Shown: piece by piece, positions 32,330 through 36,715 of the stretch
Layout: each line of letters starts with the position of its first letter
Numbering within the stretch: the first letter of the stretch is position 1
Assembly (NCBI GenBank): GCA_964357505.1
Contig: CAYHLN010000003.1
Coordinates: 1-36,715, forward strand
From: Candidatus Woesearchaeota archaeon
Lineage (GTDB): Archaea > Nanobdellota > Nanobdellia > Pacearchaeales > GW2011-AR1
Direction: 5' to 3'
DNA: 36,715 nucleotides
The notes under the pieces: generated by a model
The model's database searches: none
What the model saw: the letters and a program-made list of their open reading frames with translations, nothing else
Told to the model about the DNA's origin: nothing
Made by a program: the position numbers and the translations under genes

Positions 32330-33289
32330 ATGATGGGTTTTAAACCATCAGACGTAAAGCTACTCAAGTACCTCTATCATCACAATCGCGAGTCTCTTAC
32401 CGGCATCGCAAAAAAGCTACATCTCTCGCGCGAGCAAGTCGAATATAGAATACAGAAATATCAGCACGATGGGATCATCAAACAATTCCTTCCCGTAGTT
32501 AACTACGCCGCGCTCGGCTATCCTCTGACTACTTTTCTTTTTCTACGGTATAATAAAAAGGCGAGCCTTGAGCAGTTCAAGCGCACATGTGGTGCAGATA
32601 AGAATACACTCTCCTACGGTGAGCTACTCGCACAGTACGATCTGTATCTGGTACTCGCATTTCAAGATGAAGCTGAAAAGGCTACATTTCTAGCAAAAAC
32701 ACTTGCGGATGAAAGCATAACGGATCATCTTGTTCTCGAGCCTCATCACATCACGCTCTATCCGCTTAAGTTTATAGGGGGAAAAGAAAGCGACCCCTAC
32801 CTCATTACCAAACGCTCCGAGAATAAAGAGAAGATAGACGCGAAAGATGTCCTTATCTTGAAAGCACTCCAGCACGATGCCCGTATAAAGAGCATGGAGA
32901 TTGCCAAAAAAACCAATCTCACCGCGGAAGTCGTTGCTTATCGCCTAAAGCAGTTGCAGCAAAAAGGTATCTTGTTAGGCAGCCGTGCACATATCAATAT
33001 GGAGAAAGCAGGTTTCTTCTATACGCTTCTTTTCCTTGATATAAAGCACTACTCCCATCGCACACAGCTTAAACTCCAGGAATTCGCGAAAGAGCAACCA
33101 CATATTGACACAATTGGCCTCTCCTTTACAAAACCGAACTACTATCTACAGCTATTTCATAAAGAAGAGACCGAACTCAGAAAAACAATTGAAGAGCTAA
33201 AAGAACTCCTCCGAGAAGAGCATTACGAACTAAGCATTATTCCATTAAAAAATGCAGGCGAGAATATCCGGACGTTACCATTTCTTTAG
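32330..33289 (+). CDS. tandem (double) Lrp/AsnC-family transcriptional regulator
   Basis: It has two HTH_AsnC-like modules: LLKYLYHHNRESLTGIAKKLHLSREQVEYRIQKYQHDGIIKQF and ILKALQHDARIKSMEIAKKTNLTAEVVAYRLKQLQQKGILLG. Each is followed by a RAM-like region. Confidence 0.65.
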   Translation: MMGFKPSDVKLLKYLYHHNRESLTGIAKKLHLSREQVEYRIQKYQHDGIIKQFLPVVNYAALGYPLTTFLFLRYNKKASLEQFKRTCGADKNTLSYGELLAQYDLYLVLAFQDEAEKATFLAKTLADESITDHLVLEPHHITLYPLKFIGGKESDPYLITKRSENKEKIDAKDVLILKALQHDARIKSMEIAKKTNLTAEVVAYRLKQLQQKGILLGSRAHINMEKAGFFYTLLFLDIKHYSHRTQLKLQEFAKEQPHIDTIGLSFTKPNYYLQLFHKEETELRKTIEELKELLREEHYELSIIPLKNAGENIRTLPFL

Positions 33290-33291
33290 TC

Positions 33292-33876
33292 CTAAAATAA
33301 CGTCTTCTGTCCGATCTCGCCTTTCACAATTTCCATATCTTTCTCCCACAACGGTATGAGCTTCCGATTGTAAATAATAGCTGCGGGGTGAAAGAGCGGA
33401 ATAAGCTTAAACGAGATGCCCTCAAAAGTAATCATTTGTGCCTTGCCATGCACGCTCGTAATGGCGGGTTGTTTATCCATCTTCTCCGGATCAAGCCCAG
33501 CAAGAAAGAACTTAGTCGCATAGTTACCAAGCGAGCACACCACACTCGGACGCATCTCCCGTATCTGTTCAATGAGCCAAGGCGTGTGCGCCTTAATTTC
33601 CTCAGGTAACGGATCACGATTCTCAGGTGGCCTGCACTTCAGAATATTGGTAACATATATATCCTCAAGGCTCAACCCAACAGTAGCAAGCAACCGGTCA
33701 AGATTTTTCCCGGCAGCACCAACAAACGGCAAGCCTTGCTCATCCTCATTAGCACCAGGAGCCTCTCCAACGAACAGAATCTTGGCCTTCAAATTGCCTT
33801 TCCCTAAAACAATATTCTTACAGTTCTTACAAATGTCTGTGGCAAGCGCACGTTCCTTGTAATCCATCAAATCCAC
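33292..33876 (-). CDS. udg: uracil-DNA glycosylase, family 4
   Basis: GEAPGANEDEQGLPFVGAAGKNLDRLL and HPAAIIY, with N-terminal Cys residues (CKNCKN) consistent with the Fe-S cluster of family 4. Confidence 0.85.
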   Translation of the reverse strand: MDLMDYKERALATDICKNCKNIVLGKGNLKAKILFVGEAPGANEDEQGLPFVGAAGKNLDRLLATVGLSLEDIYVTNILKCRPPENRDPLPEEIKAHTPWLIEQIREMRPSVVCSLGNYATKFFLAGLDPEKMDKQPAITSVHGKAQMITFEGISFKLIPLFHPAAIIYNRKLIPLWEKDMEIVKGEIGQKTLF

Positions 33877-33940
33877 TAATCTAATGTGTTAAAAAACTAT
33901 TCTACAACAATCTTTAAAAATAGCTAGTACAAAGAACATT

Positions 33941-34324
33941 ATGCCAAGAGAAGCCAGTTTACTTACAAAAAAGTGCGTTCCCTGTGAAGGTGGTGTATGC
34001 CCTCTAAGGCTGGAAGAAGTTGAACCATTAATGGCACAACTCGGTCCTGAATGGAGGTTAATCCGGGAATCTGGAAAACCAAAGTGCCTTGTACGAGATT
34101 ATGGGGATTTTACTGACTTTGTTGGACCGATGCGATTCGCACAAGACGTTACGGATATCGCCGAAGCAGAAGGCCATCATCCCGATCTTAAAATTCGTTG
34201 GGGCTACGTTGGCGTAAGCTACTACACCCACGCCATTGGCGGCTTAAGCGAAAACGATTTTATTTCAGCAGCAAAAACAGAAGCACGGTATGAAAACAGA
34301 AAGAGCTCATACGGCATCAAATAA
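33941..34324 (+). CDS. pterin-4a-carbinolamine dehydratase (PCD/DCoH)-like protein, copy 2
   Basis: AEAEGHHPDLKIRWGYVGVSYYTHAIGGLSENDFISAAKTE, with an N-terminal CVPCEGG. TTTAAAAATA (33913-33922) lies upstream. Confidence 0.8.
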   Translation: MPREASLLTKKCVPCEGGVCPLRLEEVEPLMAQLGPEWRLIRESGKPKCLVRDYGDFTDFVGPMRFAQDVTDIAEAEGHHPDLKIRWGYVGVSYYTHAIGGLSENDFISAAKTEARYENRKSSYGIK

Positions 34325-34372
34325 AAGCATCAAGTATCCAAATCTTTAAAACCCCTCAATCGCAAGAAAACC

Positions 34373-34942
34373 ATGGTAATGGAACGCACCCTTGTCTTAC
34401 TTAAACCAGATACAGTCACCCGCTCACTGGTAGGCGAAGTCATTTCACGCTTTGAAAAGACCGGTCTCAAAATAATGGGTATGAAAATGGTCTGGGCAGA
34501 TGAAGCGCTAGCCAAAAAGCACTACACGTTAGACGAAGCCTGGGCAAAGAACGTTTATGATAAGACCAAGAAAACCAGAGAAGCAGCAAACGAGCCTTTT
34601 CCTTATCACGATCACCTTGAATACGGCCGCATGATCCAGGGCTGGAACGCAAATTTCTTACAAGAGGGCCCAGTAATTGCCCTTGTGCTTGAAGGCCCAC
34701 ACGCAGTCGAAATCGTACGTAAGATGATCGGCTCAACCGAACCGCGTCAAGCTTCTCCCGGTACGATTCGTGGTGACTATGCGATGACTGAATCCTACGC
34801 ACTTGCAAACGACAAGTCCCGTGTATTACGCAATCTAGCACACGCATCAGACTCAGTTGAAACAGCCGAGCGCGAGATTGCTATCTGGTTTACCAAGGCC
34901 GAGCTTCACAGTTACAGAAAAGAACTAGACAAACACTTGTAA
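34373..34942 (+). CDS. ndk: nucleoside diphosphate kinase (long form with internal insertion)
   Basis: ERTLVLLKPD, SRFEKTGLKI, GTIRGDY and NLAHASDSVETAEREIAIWF. Extra sequence sits between the KKHY and GPVIALVLEG blocks. Confidence 0.85.
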   Translation: MVMERTLVLLKPDTVTRSLVGEVISRFEKTGLKIMGMKMVWADEALAKKHYTLDEAWAKNVYDKTKKTREAANEPFPYHDHLEYGRMIQGWNANFLQEGPVIALVLEGPHAVEIVRKMIGSTEPRQASPGTIRGDYAMTESYALANDKSRVLRNLAHASDSVETAEREIAIWFTKAELHSYRKELDKHL

Positions 34943-35367
34943 TGATTTCAGCGAGAGAGGAAATGCATGCGAATGTCCTAGCGTGGACAGATGATTTAAT
35001 AAGAATTCTAAAAATAAGTGAAAATCTCTCTAAGCACGCAATGCGCAGAGTAAAGACGATCAAGTCGATCCTAGAAAGAACAAAAGAGGAAAAAGGACCA
35101 GAAATTATACCCTCTAAGATTCACTCAGAAGATCGAGAAATCTACGTGACTGTGCGCTCACTAGCGTGCGCTCTTCGTGTAGATGATGGAGTCTATGAAG
35201 ATACGGCGATGGGCATGGGACATGTCGACGAACTAAGACTGACAAATAATTACGAAACATTATATGAACTAATGGAAACAACAGTAATGTATGCTCAATA
35301 CGCTGGGCTCGAAAGAGAAGCAAGAAGACGAGAAAGCAGAAGGCACAGAAAACTTCCGCACGACTAA
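34942..35367 (+). CDS. hypothetical protein, 141 aa, basic C-terminal tail
   Basis: TAATG overlap with the ndk stop. No motif recognised. Confidence 0.45.
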   Translation: MISAREEMHANVLAWTDDLIRILKISENLSKHAMRRVKTIKSILERTKEEKGPEIIPSKIHSEDREIYVTVRSLACALRVDDGVYEDTAMGMGHVDELRLTNNYETLYELMETTVMYAQYAGLEREARRRESRRHRKLPHD

Positions 35368-35405
35368 GCTCAATACTTAAAAACCCCTAATTGCTGCTTC
35401 CTTGA

Positions 35406-35456
35406 GCCCTCATAGTTTATCGGATAGAAAAGTATAAATAGTTTCTAAATATGTAC
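35406..35456 (+). other. tRNA-like 5' piece (acceptor 5' strand, D-arm, stem at the anticodon-stem position)
   Basis: GCCCTCA-TA-GTTT-ATCGGATA-GAAA-A-GTATA-(15 nt)-TGTAC. CTTAAAAAC (35376-35384) lies 22-30 nt upstream, as at the intact tRNA genes. The acceptor strand pairs 7/7 with 36653-36659. Confidence 0.45.
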
Positions 35457-35460
35457 AAGA

Positions 35461-36633
35461 ATGAGAGTTCTGCTAGATGTCAAATCACGAAAAGAATTAT
35501 TTGATTACCTGAGAGGCTCGCACCATGCTAAAAATTTCGTGGAATTAGGGTCTAAAATGAATATCTCTCCTAAAACTCTCAATAACTGGAGATATAATTA
35601 CAGAAAATACATTCCAGGAAACCTAATAGAAAACTATCCTAAAAAGTTAGAGATTTTAGATACCCAGAAAGATAATTGGGGAGCGGTTAAGGCTGGAAAG
35701 ATAGGAGGGAAGAAAAATGTTGAAAATCTTAAGAAATTATGGGGGGATAGAAAATATTCAGAAATGAGAGAGAGAACAGGAAGAGAAGCTATTAAGAAAT
35801 TACAAAAGAAATATGGGTTGAATTTGTCAAAAATGGCAATAGCAGGTCGAATAAAAAAAAGGGGAGAAAAAAGTGAAGAGTTAGAAAGAAAAAATGAGAA
35901 ATGGTTTACCAATCAAAAAATAATATTGGATATATCAAAAATTAATTATAGCAAAAAAGACAAAAAGAAGAAGATTATGCTCCCAACAGAAATGTCTGCC
36001 CCTTTAGCAGAGGAAATAGGCGTACATTTAGGGGATGGATGTCTTTCAATAAAAAAAAACTATTTCTCTGTCAAAACTAATAAAGTGGAAGAGAAATATA
36101 TGAGCGATTTTTTGCTCCCCCTCTATAAAAAGCTTTACAATTTAGACTTAAAATTAATGAGGTTAAAGAGTGTTTCAGGATTTGAAAGCTATTCACAAGC
36201 GCTCTATGAATTTAAGAACAAAGTTCTCAGTTTACCTTCTGGAGAAAAGATACATAAGATAGAGATACCTTCTTACATCTTAGATAGTAGAAACAAAGAA
36301 GTATATCGCGCATGTATTAGAGGCCTTTTTGATACAGATGGATTTGTGAACATAGTAAAATCGAAAAATAGCTATCCAATAATATCAATAACAATAAAAT
36401 CAGAAAAATTAATGAGTCAAGTTAAAGACATGCTAACAAAGCTAGGTTTTATTCCTGCTCTCAACAAATGGACATTAAACCTAAGCGGATACGCAATGGT
36501 AGATAAATGGGTAAAAGAGATAAATTCAAATAACCCAAAAAACCTTGCTAAATTACAGCCTCGTAGTGTAGTGGATAGCACGAGACCTTGCGGAGGTCTT
36601 AACCCGGGTTCGAATCCCGGCGAGTCCATTTAA
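35461..36633 (+). CDS. LAGLIDADG-family homing-endonuclease-like protein with N-terminal HTH-like region, 390 aa
   Basis: It has two LAGLIDADG-type motifs, LAEEIGVHLGDGCLS and ACIRGLFDTDGFV. The last 25 codons or so (PRSVVDSTRPCGGLNPGSNPGESI) are simply the translation of the embedded tRNA-Arg. Confidence 0.7.
   Translation: MRVLLDVKSRKELFDYLRGSHHAKNFVELGSKMNISPKTLNNWRYNYRKYIPGNLIENYPKKLEILDTQKDNWGAVKAGKIGGKKNVENLKKLWGDRKYSEMRERTGREAIKKLQKKYGLNLSKMAIAGRIKKRGEKSEELERKNEKWFTNQKIILDISKINYSKKDKKKKIMLPTEMSAPLAEEIGVHLGDGCLSIKKNYFSVKTNKVEEKYMSDFLLPLYKKLYNLDLKLMRLKSVSGFESYSQALYEFKNKVLSLPSGEKIHKIEIPSYILDSRNKEVYRACIRGLFDTDGFVNIVKSKNSYPIISITIKSEKLMSQVKDMLTKLGFIPALNKWTLNLSGYAMVDKWVKEINSNNPKNLAKLQPRSVVDSTRPCGGLNPGSNPGESI
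36557..36628 (+). tRNA. tRNA-Arg (anticodon GCG), embedded in the 3' end of the LAGLIDADG ORF
   Basis: D-arm GTGT-AGTGGATA-GCAC; anticodon arm AGACC-TTGCGGA-GGTCT; T-arm CCGGG-TTCGAAT-CCCGG. Acceptor AGCCTCG/CGAGTCC has two mismatches (A1:C72, C3:U70). No TATA box at the usual distance. Confidence 0.7.
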
Positions 36634-36635
36634 CA

Positions 36636-36660
36636 TGGGGTTCAATTCCTCGTGGGGGCA
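36636..36660 (+). other. tRNA-like 3' piece (T-arm plus acceptor 3' strand)
   Basis: TGGGG-TTCAATT-CCTCG-TGGGGGC-A. The T-loop is close to consensus. The acceptor strand is complementary to 35406-35412. Confidence 0.5.
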
Positions 36661-36666
36661 GTTATC

Positions 36667-36715
36667 ATGAGTAAAATATTCATCATCCATGGAACGGGCG
36701 GCAACCCAAAAGGAA
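36667..36715 (+). CDS. start of an alpha/beta-hydrolase-like protein (3' end cut by the window edge)
   Basis: MSKIFIIHGTGGNPKG resembles the N-terminal strand plus HG(x)GG oxyanion region of small serine hydrolases. Only 16 codons are visible. Confidence 0.3.
   Translation, partial: MSKIFIIHGTGGNPKG

Larger units (their letters stand above)
35457..36635 (+). mobile_element. putative LAGLIDADG-ORF-bearing insertion or intron within a tRNA-like gene
   Basis: The ORF start codon lies 4 nt after the 5' tRNA-like piece. The stop codon lies 2 nt before the 3' tRNA-like piece. The segment is much more AT-rich than the flanking genes. Confidence 0.35.

Noticed and set aside
35304-35320. GGGCTCG, which would pair perfectly (one G-U) with the 3' acceptor strand CGAGTCC of tRNA-Arg. 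I considered it as a trans-acting or split 5' half.
   Set aside because: No D-arm-like sequence follows it (AAAGAGAAGCAAG...). A 7-mer match with wobble allowed is expected many times by chance in 2 x 36.7 kb.
1-36715. A search for CRISPR arrays, rRNA genes, transposase or integrase genes, and long direct or inverted repeats bounding the AT-rich islands.
   Set aside because: I found no regularly spaced repeats, no rRNA-like conserved stretches, and no recombinase-like ORF. I found no matching flanking repeats around 12364-15388, 16500-17120, 22158-22748 or 24106-25666.

Overview
This is an archaeal chromosomal window. Evidence: r-proteins eL42, eS1, eS27 and uS15, aIF2-alpha, Nop10, Bud32/KEOPS kinase, GINS, a RecJ/Cdc45-like DHH protein, SRP54 plus FtsY, and TATA boxes about 25 nt upstream of most start codons, so most genes look leaderless. 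Genes are tightly packed with many ATGA/TAATG overlaps. Informational proteins are short and there are many large secreted Cys- or Thr-rich proteins. By inference only, this fits a small-genome (DPANN-type) archaeon. Layout: (1) 1-467 holds a truncated LAGLIDADG-like ORF plus tRNA-Leu. (2) 472-10753 is a minus-strand surface-protein block. It contains an RHH-like mini-ORF, a 615-aa protein with a pilin-type signal peptide and a 1908-aa secreted giant, all translationally coupled behind a palindromic operator array. It also contains a 693-aa and a 121-aa secreted protein. (3) 10799-12286 holds tRNA-Val, a zinc-ribbon protein and a nucleoside phosphorylase. (4) 12364-15388 is an AT-rich surface cluster with a CARDB/Cys-module anchor protein, an M64-like metallopeptidase and an archaeal pilin. 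(5) 15532-17229 holds rpl44e-rps3ae, a mazEF-type toxin-antitoxin pair and tRNA-Thr. (6) 17235-26587 is mostly housekeeping: PNPOx-like protein, GINS, apgM, ftsY, srp54 and bud32. It is interrupted by accessory genes: a pterin dehydratase-like gene, a C39-like peptidase, a cytidylyltransferase and a CFA-synthase-like gene. (7) 26760-29824 holds tRNA-Gln, then rps15, a RecJ-like gene, rps27e, aIF2-alpha and nop10. (8) 29821-35367 holds regulators (TrmB, tandem Lrp), a methyltransferase, UDG, a second pterin dehydratase-like gene and ndk. (9) 35375-36660 is the most unusual locus. A 390-aa LAGLIDADG ORF exactly fills the gap between two complementary tRNA-like halves, and its own 3' end reads through a complete tRNA-Arg. 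I found no rRNA genes and no CRISPR array. All family calls come from motif recognition by eye. No database search was run.
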